Positions 1-9,689 of a stretch of 62,454 nt of DNA are shown here, in pieces; position 1 is the stretch's first letter, and every line of letters starts with the position of its first letter. A model generated the notes under the pieces. That model saw nothing but the letters and a program-made list of their open reading frames with translations. It had not been told where the DNA came from and made no database searches. The translations under genes were made by a program, and so were the position numbers. This stretch comes from Candidatus Woesearchaeota archaeon (GTDB lineage Archaea; Nanobdellota; Nanobdellia; SCGC-AAA011-G17; PNOQ01): NCBI GenBank assembly GCA_964448715.1, contig CAYUWX010000001.1:1-62454 (forward strand), given 5' to 3'.

Positions 1-444
1 ATTTATTTCATCTGTATCATATTTTTGACACATGTCTTCATAATCCACAATCTTAGTTTCAGGAAACCCAAGATAATCCAGCAATTCTTTTTCCAAATTT
101 TTCAGATCTTCAATTCCTCCTTTAGACTCAAATTCAAACATAGGAAAAATTTTATCATGTCTTCCAGGTTTAGGATTAGGTTCATCTCTATAACTAGTTG
201 TCTGACAATATACTCCATCAACATCTGGATTTTTTAATAATTCATATTCTAACCACATTTGCCCAGTCTGAGGTAAAGGATATTTTATACCACTAAAAAC
301 AAATGGAGAAATTGTTTTTGGATCTTCACATGCTGCCAATATTGAAAGTCTCGATTGTGCAGGAACTTCAACAAAATTCTTCCTGCTTCGGAAAAAATAA
401 CTCAACCGTTTTGAGATATAACTAAATGTTTTTATGTCTTCCAT
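1..444 (-). CDS. Class II aminoacyl-tRNA-synthetase-like catalytic core, AsnA/AsnRS-paralogue type. Only the N-terminal 148 aa are present; the gene runs off the window start.
   Basis: Open-ended, so absent from the ORF track. Reverse-strand translation from the ATG at 444-442 gives MEDIKTFSYISKRLSYFFRSRKNFVEVPAQSRLS...LPQTGQMWLEYE...YCQTTSYRDEPNPKPGRHDKIFPMFEFE. This looks like class II motif 1/2 (R-x-E ... RH ... F-x-M-x-E-x-E) with no anticodon-binding domain in front. Confidence 0.5.
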   Translation of the reverse strand, partial: MEDIKTFSYISKRLSYFFRSRKNFVEVPAQSRLSILAACEDPKTISPFVFSGIKYPLPQTGQMWLEYELLKNPDVDGVYCQTTSYRDEPNPKPGRHDKIFPMFEFESKGGIEDLKNLEKELLDYLGFPETKIVDYEDMCQKYDTDEIN

Positions 445-552
445 TAAAAGAAATAAACTCTAAAAATAGATTTAAATAGATTTAGAAGATTTAACATAAA
501 TTTTAATATAACTATATATTAATAAACAAAAAAACACAATATAATATTTTCT

Positions 553-3500
553 TCAATCAAACCATTTACCTAATCCTTCTTGTTTTTCAGGATCCTTACC
601 AAAAACACTTTCTATTCTTTTTTGAGTTAATTCTAAAGTTTGTTGTAAATACATTGGCAAATTATATTTTTCAGCTAAATCTAAAGAAGGTTTCAAATAT
701 TTAATAACAGATCCTTCTGAAATTGTAAAAATTAATTTTCCCCCACATTTTTGACATTTTCCAAGTAAGGGTGGTCTTCTATACTTAGAATTACATCCGA
801 CACATCTAAATTGTTGCATACTAAATTTTCTTAAATTTCCTTTTATATCTCTAATAAAATGTTTTTCTATAATTAATCTTGCAACATCTGAAGTATCAAC
901 TGCATTCACTTTTTCTGCAATAGCCATTTGACCCAATACTTTTTCTTGCATAGTAGGTAATAATTTATAACTACTATATCTCACTCCATCATTAATATTA
1001 GAAGTATCGTGAGTAAAACCATATCCTTCAAATTGTTTTTCTTTATTTAAATTATCATTTAATTGTTCAATTTTTATATCCCATGGCATTTTATTTTTTT
1101 CACAAGATTCATAAAATTCTAAGGGATATTCCCAAACAGTATCCATATCAAATACCATATCATCAACTTCACTAGGAATCAGATTAGTAGTTAAAACTAA
1201 ACATGCATCTTGAGTAGATCCTCTATGAGACGGTAAAAATTTTCTTGAAAAATTTAAAAATCCATCCATTAAAAGCATTACTCCATTTTCATCTCCATCG
1301 CAATCTCTTCTTTGTGCAGAATGCCATAGTGGATGGGCATAACAACCTTGAGTTTTTGAAAAACCTATAATTCTTCCTATTATTCCTGCAGAAGTGTGAG
1401 GGGCTAAACTTATTATTAATTGTCCAACTAAATCTTCTTTTGTTTTAATGTTATAAAAAGGATCTAAACCATAAAATTTAGTCAATAATTCGTCTATAAA
1501 TTTAGAAATTTTAAAAAAAACTATATCTGCACCTTCTTCACTCGCTTCATCACATGAAGGAAGAATTACATCTTGAGGTTTTAACTCTAATATTTGATTT
1601 TCATCATTTAATTCATTATCATAAATATCTAATAAATAACCTATTTCTTTTAATTTTTTTATACTAGTTCCTACTTCAATTGGTTTAAAATGAGTAATGG
1701 GTAATTCTGTCATATCATATCGTATTGTACCATCTTTACTAACAAAAACATCATATGAAGATCTTAAAATTGCTTTTGTTAAATTTTCGGGAGTATGATC
1801 TGCATTTGAAGTTTCTTTTACTCCTTTAATTAAAGGAGGTAAAGTATTTATCTCTAATTTATTTTTTGAATCATTAATATAATCTAAAATATTTATACTT
1901 AACAAACTATACTCTTCTGATTTTTCTCTTATTGTTTTAGAATTACATTTATGACATTTAGGATAAACACTTATAATATCACATTTTTCACATTTATATG
2001 TTGGAAAATTAGAATTTATTTTACCATATTCCATAGCTGATTGAAATGATTTTAATCTTCCTCCTTCATTTCCAACGGGAAATAATCCATGTGGGCTCCC
2101 TGTAAGTTTTCTCATTTTTGCCTTTTCTGGTCTACCCATTCTTGCACCTATAAAGATTCCAGATTTATCTTTAATTTCTAATTCTGAAAATTTATTTATA
2201 GTTTTTAAAATATTTTTTCCTTCTTTAACTCCATTTACTAATTCAGATAAATTAATATTTTTTTTATAAAATCCTAATGCTACCATAAATCCTATTGCCC
2301 ACTCTTTTTCAATAGTAATATGTTCTTTAGAAACAATTTTATGGGGTACGCCTAATTCTTCTAGTATTGTTTTTAATTCTATATTTTTTTCCTTAGATTC
2401 ATAAGTTAAAGGCAAAATTATCTTATAATATTCATCTTTTTTAATTACAGCTTTATTTAACCAATCTAATAATGCTAAAAATTTAATTTCATTTAAATCA
2501 TTCCAATGGAATGTGAATTTAGGATGTAAGGGGATGTTTAATTTATCTGAAATTTTAAAAGAATCTAATATACTTAAATTATATTTTAAAGGATTATTAA
2601 ATAATTTTTTTAAAATTGGTAATTTAACATCTACTAATTTTGATAATTCTTCAGGAGAATTACATTTTTCTTTTAATTGAACAAACCACCATTCTTCACA
2701 ATATCCTGGGGCAACTAATACATGTGCTCTATTAAAAAAATCTCCATAAGGTATTAAAATATCTCCTAAAAATATTATTTCTTTAATATAATTTTTTATT
2801 TCTTCATAATTTTCATTAGTTACAAATAATACATTTCCATTTTTCAATTTAACAATTGGTCCTTCTATACTATCACATGCACCTAATGCAGTTCCTTTAC
2901 CTGGCCTTTCCATTTTTAATTGAGTACCTATTGCAATAAAATCATTAAGAATTTTCATGGTTAAAGGATGAATTGAGGTAGAACTTAATCCAGTATTTCT
3001 ACCTCTACCATATCTTAATCTAAATCCTCCTTTTCTCATAGGATGAGTTAAAACTGGTCTACCTGCAACTAAATCTTTAATAAAAGTTTGATCTTTTTTT
3101 ATTAATTCATCATCTGAAGATGAATCTTTAGACTTAATTTTCTTTTGTAATTTTACAAATTTTTCTAAAAACTTCCAATCTTTTAAATCAAAATCCTTTC
3201 CCCATTTATCGACTTGCTTAAATACTTTAGGTGCTTTTTGTGCTAAACATTCTGCAACAACTAAACAAAAACCATTTCTAATTCTATTAGTTCCTATCCT
3301 ATCAAGATCTTTATAATTTGATACTTCTTTATCTTCTGAATAAGGTCCATCAATTTGGACAGGTAAATGAGAAACCATATATTTAGTCTCTTCTTCCGAA
3401 GGATAATATTGTAAATTTGTAATCCTATCATGATAATCATTAACTTCAGTAATAGATCTATTAATTTCATTTTCAGTAGGATCATATACTTCATATCCCA

Positions 3501-4038
3501 TTTCTTTTCTAATATAATCTGCAATTAATACGCTCACTGAAGCACCTGTACCTCCTGCACTTCTTATTGGTCCAGCATATTTTAATGCAAAATATTCTTT
3601 TCCATCTTTTTTTCTTTTTCTAATATCTACTCCTATAAATCCTTCTAAAGGACTTGCTACAACTCCTACTGTTACATATGCAAAACCTGTTCTTATACCT
3701 ATATCTATTGCTTCATTTTTAGAATCAAATTTACAAAATTTCTCTTGGGCAACTTCTAATGCAATAGATAATGCCACTCTCCAATCTAATTTACCATATT
3801 CTTTTTCAAACTCCATTATTCTTTGAGAAATACCTTTTCCAACTATTTGAGGTGAAGCTACAGAAATAAGTCCCTCTACTCTTTCGGCCATATTTTTAGC
3901 CAACATAATTTCAACATTTTCAGTAGGATCATATCCTTTAGATCTAGCTTGTTTTGCAAGATTATATCCTTTAATTACTTCTTGATCTATTTTTTCAAAA
4001 TATGATTGTATATCTTTACTCTTTTCCATCTTTTTCAT
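553..4038 (-). CDS. polC: DNA polymerase II (PolD) large subunit DP2
   Basis: 1161-aa ORF with continuous similarity by eye to archaeal DP2, including Cys clusters (CEKCDIISVYPKCHKC, FRCVGCNSKYRRPPLLGKCQKCGG). It overlaps the upstream DP1 gene by 23 nt. The length gives no sign of an intein. Confidence 0.9.
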   Translation of the reverse strand: MKKMEKSKDIQSYFEKIDQEVIKGYNLAKQARSKGYDPTENVEIMLAKNMAERVEGLISVASPQIVGKGISQRIMEFEKEYGKLDWRVALSIALEVAQEKFCKFDSKNEAIDIGIRTGFAYVTVGVVASPLEGFIGVDIRKRKKDGKEYFALKYAGPIRSAGGTGASVSVLIADYIRKEMGYEVYDPTENEINRSITEVNDYHDRITNLQYYPSEEETKYMVSHLPVQIDGPYSEDKEVSNYKDLDRIGTNRIRNGFCLVVAECLAQKAPKVFKQVDKWGKDFDLKDWKFLEKFVKLQKKIKSKDSSSDDELIKKDQTFIKDLVAGRPVLTHPMRKGGFRLRYGRGRNTGLSSTSIHPLTMKILNDFIAIGTQLKMERPGKGTALGACDSIEGPIVKLKNGNVLFVTNENYEEIKNYIKEIIFLGDILIPYGDFFNRAHVLVAPGYCEEWWFVQLKEKCNSPEELSKLVDVKLPILKKLFNNPLKYNLSILDSFKISDKLNIPLHPKFTFHWNDLNEIKFLALLDWLNKAVIKKDEYYKIILPLTYESKEKNIELKTILEELGVPHKIVSKEHITIEKEWAIGFMVALGFYKKNINLSELVNGVKEGKNILKTINKFSELEIKDKSGIFIGARMGRPEKAKMRKLTGSPHGLFPVGNEGGRLKSFQSAMEYGKINSNFPTYKCEKCDIISVYPKCHKCNSKTIREKSEEYSLLSINILDYINDSKNKLEINTLPPLIKGVKETSNADHTPENLTKAILRSSYDVFVSKDGTIRYDMTELPITHFKPIEVGTSIKKLKEIGYLLDIYDNELNDENQILELKPQDVILPSCDEASEEGADIVFFKISKFIDELLTKFYGLDPFYNIKTKEDLVGQLIISLAPHTSAGIIGRIIGFSKTQGCYAHPLWHSAQRRDCDGDENGVMLLMDGFLNFSRKFLPSHRGSTQDACLVLTTNLIPSEVDDMVFDMDTVWEYPLEFYESCEKNKMPWDIKIEQLNDNLNKEKQFEGYGFTHDTSNINDGVRYSSYKLLPTMQEKVLGQMAIAEKVNAVDTSDVARLIIEKHFIRDIKGNLRKFSMQQFRCVGCNSKYRRPPLLGKCQKCGGKLIFTISEGSVIKYLKPSLDLAEKYNLPMYLQQTLELTQKRIESVFGKDPEKQEGLGKWFD

Positions 4039-5539
4039 AAAATTTCAATATTTTTGATTCTCTTGTTTTTAAATTTATTATAGGAACTCTTCCTGGCTCA
4101 GGTTTATGACCAACTTTTAACTGAAAAGGAGTTATAGATTGCCAACAACTTCCTGCAACTTTAGTTACTTTTCCATATTGGGTAATATTTGATTTATGTA
4201 TATGGCCAGATATAAAAAAATCAGGAACAATATCTATAATTAAATTATCTTCTTCTTTATTTGGAATGAATAGAGTTGAACCATGTGTTGGTGCTAAATG
4301 TCTTTTTTGTAATAAAAATTTCATAACTAAATTAGTTCTATCTGAAATAGTTTCACCAGAAAATCTTATACTTTCTACATTTTCAGAATAATTATCATAA
4401 CTATAACCATGATATAATAATACATTAAATCCTTCAAAATCTTTTGTTTTTGAAATATTAACATAAGAAGGGTTACTAACTAAAATTACATTTTCCATAT
4501 CATATAAATCATTAATCATATCTCTTCCTAGACTCGGTTGAGGTTCTGCAATTCTAACCGCATCATGATTTCCTGGACAAATAATAATATTAATGTCTTT
4601 TCTTATAATTTTCATTAATTCTATTACTTTTTTATATTGTAATTTTATATCAGGTATATTTTGTTCATCATCTTGATTGGGATAAATACCAACTCCATCT
4701 ACTAAATCACCTACAATAAATACATATTTTATTTTTTTTGCTACTTCTTTTTGTTCTTTTGTTCCGCTTTTAAGATTTAACCAATCTATAAATTTTAAAA
4801 ATTCGGATTCTAAAAATAATTCAGAACCAACATGAAGATCAGATAAAATTGCAATATATTCTTCTTTTGAAGATTTTTTTATATCTGTATTTTTTAGTAT
4901 ATCTGGGAAAAAAATATCATCAACAAAAATAATTTTATCACCATTAACTCCTTTAATACCAATAACTTCATCTAAAACTACATCTTTAGCTTTTTCAAAA
5001 AGTTCTTTTTTCGAATTATTAATTAAAATTGGAATATTTCCAGTATTATCTTCAATTATCAAAAGTAAATTATCATTTTTAGTATATCTTTTTTCAAAAA
5101 CAATACCTATTGTAGAAATTTTTTCCTTATCTTTTTTAGATAAAATTCTATTTATTGACAAAGGTGCCAATAATTCTGTTCTAGATTGTAATAATTTTCT
5201 TAATTGTTCATATCTTCTTGTATAGTGGGACGTGAAATCATTAACTTCTAACTTTTGAGATTTTTTATCAAAAGATTTTACAATTTCTACATTTGATTTA
5301 GTGTTTAAAACATTAATTTCAGGTTCAATTAATTGTTTTTTTTCAGTATTTTGTTTATGTTCAGAAATTAATTTATCTAATAATTTTTTATCAAACATTA
5401 GCATTTCACTAGAATTATTTTTTTCTAAATATTTATCTAAAATTTCAAATTCTAGTTTATTATTTTCTAAAAATGAAGAATCAATTAAATATCCTCTATT
5501 TAAAATTAATTTAATAATTTGTTTTATATGTTCAACCAT
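4016..5539 (-). CDS. polB: DNA polymerase II (PolD) small subunit DP1
   Basis: 507 aa with calcineurin-like phosphoesterase motifs (DLHVGS, GDLVDGVG, PGNHDA, GHIH) and an OB-like middle region. It sits in an operon between cdc6 and DP2. Confidence 0.9.
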   Translation of the reverse strand: MVEHIKQIIKLILNRGYLIDSSFLENNKLEFEILDKYLEKNNSSEMLMFDKKLLDKLISEHKQNTEKKQLIEPEINVLNTKSNVEIVKSFDKKSQKLEVNDFTSHYTRRYEQLRKLLQSRTELLAPLSINRILSKKDKEKISTIGIVFEKRYTKNDNLLLIIEDNTGNIPILINNSKKELFEKAKDVVLDEVIGIKGVNGDKIIFVDDIFFPDILKNTDIKKSSKEEYIAILSDLHVGSELFLESEFLKFIDWLNLKSGTKEQKEVAKKIKYVFIVGDLVDGVGIYPNQDDEQNIPDIKLQYKKVIELMKIIRKDINIIICPGNHDAVRIAEPQPSLGRDMINDLYDMENVILVSNPSYVNISKTKDFEGFNVLLYHGYSYDNYSENVESIRFSGETISDRTNLVMKFLLQKRHLAPTHGSTLFIPNKEEDNLIIDIVPDFFISGHIHKSNITQYGKVTKVAGSCWQSITPFQLKVGHKPEPGRVPIINLKTRESKILKFYEKDGKE

Positions 5540-6732
5540 TTTAGAAGATCTCCTTTTAATACAGGAATTTCTGTATCAGGAATAGTCATTTGTATTTCTC
5601 TAGTTCTGCCATATCTTCCTTTACTGATAACTTTTGCATTAATAACTCCTAACATATCTAATTCTGCAATTAAATCAGACATTCTTCTTTGAGTTAAAGG
5701 TTTTAATCCTATTTGATTTGACAAAATTTTATACAAATTATATACATCTCCTGTAAATATTTTATTAGAATTAGATTCATATAAATTAAAAGTAGCTAAT
5801 AAAACTAATTGAGATTGTTTAGGTAATGTACTTACTACATCAGATATTAAATCTCTTTCAATTTTTTCTTCGGCAATATCAATATGATCTATTAATAATT
5901 TATCGGAATTATTTCTTTCCGCCAATTCTCCTGCAACTCTTAATAAATCTAATGCACGTCTAGCATCTCCATGTTCTCTTGCAGCTAATGCTGCACATTT
6001 TTCTATAGCTCCTTGTTCTAATACTTTATCTTTAAATGCATTTTTAGATCTTTCATGTAAAATATCTTGAAGTTGTAATGCATTATATGATGAAAAATTG
6101 ATATCTTCTTCAGTTAAAGAAGATTTAACTCTAGGATCTATATCATTTGCGAATCTTAAATCATTAGATATACCTACAAAAGTTATTTGAGTATTTATTA
6201 ATTCTGAATTTAATCTTGTTAAATTATATAATATTTCATCTCCTGCTTTTTTTACTAATTGATCTATTTCATCAAGAATAAGTATAATATTTTTTTCTTC
6301 ATTATCTATACTTTCGATAAAAATTCTATAAATTTCATCGGTAGGTAATCCTGTTACAGGAACATTCTTACCAAAATTTCTTGCCAATGTTGCAATGAGT
6401 CTATATTCCGTATCTGCAACTTTTTTTAATTTACAATTCAAATAAAATATTTCTAAAGATACTTTTTTCTTTTTTGCAATTTTTTTTAATCTATCAACTA
6501 CATGTATAACTGATAAAGTTTTCCCTGTTCCAGTTTTACCATATAAAAAAAGATTAGATGGCTTTTCTCCTCTCAATGAAGGTGCAAGCATACTTGCTAT
6601 TTCTTTAATTTCTTTTTCCCTATGAGGAATAGTATCAGGAGTATAACTAGATTGCAAAACTTTTTTATCTTTAAATAATCCATCCTTAGTTAAATAATCT
6701 TCAAAAAATTCATTTATATCTGATTTTACCAT
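5524..6732 (-). CDS. cdc6: Orc1/Cdc6 replication initiator
   Basis: 402 aa with AAA+ Walker A (GKTGTGKT), Walker B (LILDEID) and a C-terminal winged helix. It lies immediately next to the ORB-containing intergenic region. Confidence 0.9.
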   Translation of the reverse strand: MVKSDINEFFEDYLTKDGLFKDKKVLQSSYTPDTIPHREKEIKEIASMLAPSLRGEKPSNLFLYGKTGTGKTLSVIHVVDRLKKIAKKKKVSLEIFYLNCKLKKVADTEYRLIATLARNFGKNVPVTGLPTDEIYRIFIESIDNEEKNIILILDEIDQLVKKAGDEILYNLTRLNSELINTQITFVGISNDLRFANDIDPRVKSSLTEEDINFSSYNALQLQDILHERSKNAFKDKVLEQGAIEKCAALAAREHGDARRALDLLRVAGELAERNNSDKLLIDHIDIAEEKIERDLISDVVSTLPKQSQLVLLATFNLYESNSNKIFTGDVYNLYKILSNQIGLKPLTQRRMSDLIAELDMLGVINAKVISKGRYGRTREIQMTIPDTEIPVLKGDLLKWLNI

Positions 6733-6799
6733 CTTTCAAATAGTTTTGATTCAAACAAATATAAATATTACTATTCTAAAAAATAGAGACAGAGACCTC

Positions 6800-6814
6800 T
6801 ATTTCATTTGGAGA
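6800..6814 (+). repeat. ORB-like box 1 (TATTTCATTTGGAGA)
   Basis: Matches box 2 at 13 of 15 positions. It is preceded by a C/T-rich string (agagacctc), which reads as a G-string on the other strand, as in canonical ORB elements. Confidence 0.6.
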
Positions 6815-6848
6815 TAATTTTTTAGAAAAACAGGTTATCTCTTCCTTT

Positions 6849-6863
6849 TATTTCATATGGAAA
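6849..6863 (+). repeat. ORB-like box 2 (TATTTCATATGGAAA)
   Basis: Internal dyad TTTC-ATATG-GAAA, 49 bp from box 1, preceded by ctcttcc. Confidence 0.6.
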
Positions 6864-7088
6864 ACATATATATTATATTATATTATTATATAATATATAA
6901 TATATATAATAATAAATCTTATAAATAAAATTTTAATTTAAAATTCAAATTTCATAAATACTAGATTTCTAATAATTAAATTTTTAAGAATTAAGAATTT
7001 AATTTAATTCTATAGAAGATAACAAAATAAAATTAACTTACAAAAAATAAATTATTAAAAACTCCAAAAGAAATTTATTATAAAAATT

Positions 7089-7103
7089 ATTCCATCAGAA
7101 ATA
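7089..7103 (-). repeat. ORB-like box 3, inverted (reverse complement TATTTCTGATGGAAT)
   Basis: Matches box 2 at 12 of 15 positions, in opposite orientation on the far side of the A/T-only tract. It is flanked by ggtgagaggg, the G-string equivalent. Confidence 0.55.
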
Positions 7104-7168
7104 AAGGTGAGAGGGTGTATCTAAAATAAAACAAACAATTTATATATTAATTAATATATAATATTAAT

Positions 7169-7477
7169 ATGGATATATTATCTATAATATTAATAGCAGG
7201 ATTAAGTTTATTCGCATTAGAATTAATTAAACATATGTTTACAAAAACAATTTTAAAAGTTATAGTTATATCTATAGTGGGATTAATAATATTTTTTACA
7301 GTAATTAATAGTTTAGATAAAGAAAATGTGATAGATAATGATAATAAATATATTCAAGCAGGTGCAGTAATATCTCAAAATTTTGAAAATCAACCTCTCT
7401 GGGAAGATATAATGAAAAAATTTAAATCATTGATAATAAATATAGAAAGTAAAATTTCAGAAAAAATAGGAGAATAG
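7169..7477 (+). CDS. Hypothetical small membrane protein
   Basis: 102 aa with two predicted hydrophobic helices at the N-terminus. No recognisable family. Confidence 0.4.
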   Translation: MDILSIILIAGLSLFALELIKHMFTKTILKVIVISIVGLIIFFTVINSLDKENVIDNDNKYIQAGAVISQNFENQPLWEDIMKKFKSLIINIESKISEKIGE

Positions 7478-7536
7478 TATAAGAAAATTTTATAAAGAAG
7501 ATATTACTTCCTTATTATTGGAGGCAGTCCTGAAAA

Positions 7537-7800
7537 ATGACAAATAATGATAAAAAATATTCAAAACAAATTCTAGGTAAAACTATTGTAACAAAAACAG
7601 GGAAAAGATTTGGTGAATTAGGAAATATTTTATTTGATACTAAGACAGGTGAATTATTACAATTAGAATTAAAAAATACAACTTCTTTAGCAAACGGATT
7701 AGATCTAGAAAGAACTGAAAATGGACAATTATTAATACCTTATAGTGCAGTAATTGCAATAGGTGATTTTATAGTTGTTGCAGAAGAAGATATTATTTAA
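7537..7800 (+). CDS. PRC-barrel domain protein
   Basis: 87 aa. LGKTIVTKTGKRFGELGNILFD...TGELLQLEL...LIPYSAVIAIGDFIVV matches the PRC-barrel pattern. Confidence 0.6.
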   Translation: MTNNDKKYSKQILGKTIVTKTGKRFGELGNILFDTKTGELLQLELKNTTSLANGLDLERTENGQLLIPYSAVIAIGDFIVVAEEDII

Positions 7801-7829
7801 TTCTTTAATTTTTTATTTAATTTTATAAA

Positions 7830-9680
7830 ATGCCTAAATTTATTGAATCTACAAAGGAAATTAAAGTACCTACTACTATAAACAATCAAGTAATAGGTCA
7901 AAATGATGCATTAGAGATAATAAAAAAGGCAGCAAAACAAAGAAGACATGTTCTTTTAATTGGTGAACCAGGTACAGGAAAATCAATGTTAGGTTTATCT
8001 TTAGCAGAACTATTATCTAAAAAAAATTTACAAGATATTTTATCTTTTGAAAATTTAGATGATGAAAATGTTCCAAAAATTCAAACATTTTCAAGCGGCA
8101 AGGGAAAAGAATTAATTAATAAATTAAAATTAGAAGAGATAAATTCTATGAAGGGAAAAAATATTTTCTTAATTTTAATCTTAATTTTATCTATGTTTTC
8201 CCCATGGTGGGTAAGGCATTCATATGGTGATATCATGGGTGCAGCATCTTTAATTGGATCTATGATATTTTTAGGAATTTTTATTATTTTTATGAATCTA
8301 AATAAAAAAATGAAATTAAATGGAAAGAGTTTACCTAAATTATTGATAAATAGCAATTCAAATAATAAAATATCTTTTTTTGATGCAACTGGTTCTCATG
8401 CAGGTGCATTATTAGGAGATATATTACATGATCCTTTTCAATCAGGAGGACTAGGAACACCTGCCCATGAAAGAGTAGTACCAGGAATGATACATAGAGC
8501 AAACAAAGGAGTTTTATTTATTGACGAAATAGCAACTCTTAGGCCAGAAACACAACAAGAACTTTTAACTGCATTACAAGAAAAAAAATATCCTATAACT
8601 GGTCAATCTGAAAGGTCTGCAGGTGCAATGGTAAGGACAGAACCAGTTCCATGTGATTTTATTTTAGTTGCAGCAGGAAATATGGAAACAATAAAACATA
8701 TGCACCCTGCATTAAGATCTAGGATTAGAGGATATGGGTATGAAGTTTATATGAATAATGAAATGGAAGATACAGAAGAAAATAGAAAAAAAATAGCAAT
8801 TTTTATTGCACAAGAAGTAAAAAAAGATAAGAAAATACCTCCTTTTTCAAATAATGCAATTAAAGAAATAATACAAGAATCAAAAGTAAGATCTGGAAAG
8901 TCAAATAAATTAACATTACACTTAAGGGATTTAGGTGGATTAATAAGAGCGGCAGGAGATGTAGCTTTAGAAGAAAAATCAAAATTAGTAGAACCTATTC
9001 ATATAGAAAAATCAAGAGAATATGCAAGAACATTAGAAAAACAAATAGCAGATAAATATATTGAAAATAAAAAAGAATATGAAATAATTAAAACAAAAGG
9101 CCATGCAATAGGAAGGGTCAATGGATTAGCAGTTTTAGGAAGTACTCCTCATTTTTCAGGTTTAGTTTTACCTATAGAGTCTGAAGTAACTCCTGGTGGA
9201 AAAAAGGCAGAAATTATTGCAACTGGATCACTGGGAAATATTGCGAAAGAAGCCATAAAAAATGTATCTGCAATAATTATGAAATATTTTGGAGAAGATA
9301 TAAAAGAAAAATATGATATTTATGTCCAATTTTTACAAACACATGAAGGAGTAGAAGGAGATTCTGCATCTGTAGCAGTAGCTACAGCAGTTTTTTCATC
9401 ATTAAATAAAATTCCAATAAGACAAGATACTGCAATGACAGGTTCTTTATCAGTAAGAGGTGATGTTTTAGCAGTAGGAGGAGTAAATTCAAAAGTAAAA
9501 GCAGCAATAGAAGCAGGAATCGAAAGAGCAATAATTCCAAAATCAAATGAAAAAGATATAGTTTTATCAAAAGAAGAAAGAAATAAAATAAAAATTATTC
9601 CTGCAAAGAATATACAAGAAGTTTTAGAAAATGCCTTAGATTTAAAGAATAACAAAACATTCTTAAATAAGTTTAAATAA
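7830..9680 (+). CDS. lonB: Archaeal membrane-anchored Lon protease (LonB)
   Basis: Walker A GEPGTGKS, a transmembrane insertion within the AAA+ module ([11 protein letters not shown]..., [13 protein letters not shown]), Walker B LFIDEI, and a protease domain with GDSAS and the [10 protein letters not shown] Ser-Lys dyad context. Confidence 0.9.
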   Translation: MPKFIESTKEIKVPTTINNQVIGQNDALEIIKKAAKQRRHVLLIGEPGTGKSMLGLSLAELLSKKNLQDILSFENLDDENVPKIQTFSSGKGKELINKLKLEEINSMKGKNIFLILILILSMFSPWWVRHSYGDIMGAASLIGSMIFLGIFIIFMNLNKKMKLNGKSLPKLLINSNSNNKISFFDATGSHAGALLGDILHDPFQSGGLGTPAHERVVPGMIHRANKGVLFIDEIATLRPETQQELLTALQEKKYPITGQSERSAGAMVRTEPVPCDFILVAAGNMETIKHMHPALRSRIRGYGYEVYMNNEMEDTEENRKKIAIFIAQEVKKDKKIPPFSNNAIKEIIQESKVRSGKSNKLTLHLRDLGGLIRAAGDVALEEKSKLVEPIHIEKSREYARTLEKQIADKYIENKKEYEIIKTKGHAIGRVNGLAVLGSTPHFSGLVLPIESEVTPGGKKAEIIATGSLGNIAKEAIKNVSAIIMKYFGEDIKEKYDIYVQFLQTHEGVEGDSASVAVATAVFSSLNKIPIRQDTAMTGSLSVRGDVLAVGGVNSKVKAAIEAGIERAIIPKSNEKDIVLSKEERNKIKIIPAKNIQEVLENALDLKNNKTFLNKFK

Positions 9681-9689
9681 AAATATTCT

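Larger units (their letters stand above)
6733..7168. other. Putative chromosomal replication origin (oriC)
   Basis: At 436 bp this is the largest intergenic spacer in the window, directly upstream of cdc6. It has two direct and one inverted ORB-like box flanking an A/T-only tract; 6866-6917 contains no G or C. Confidence 0.7.

Noticed and set aside
25-237. 70-aa plus-strand ORF at the window start
   Set aside because: It is low-complexity F/I/K-rich sequence lying antisense to a much better open-ended class II aaRS-like frame (1-444, minus strand).
6866-6960. Dense A/T-only palindromes and short repeats, considered as a CRISPR-like or transposon terminal repeat structure
   Set aside because: There is no repeat-spacer periodicity and no flanking transposase. 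Its position between inverted ORB-like boxes next to cdc6 fits a DNA-unwinding element.
3294-9655. Short antisense ORFs inside polC, polB, cdc6 and lonB (3294-3524, 5301-5585, 8081-8356, 9320-9655, 9382-9570)
   Set aside because: All lie within long CDSs that have clear family motifs. They translate to Leu/Ile/Phe/Lys low-complexity strings, as expected from stop-poor antisense frames in AT-rich DNA.
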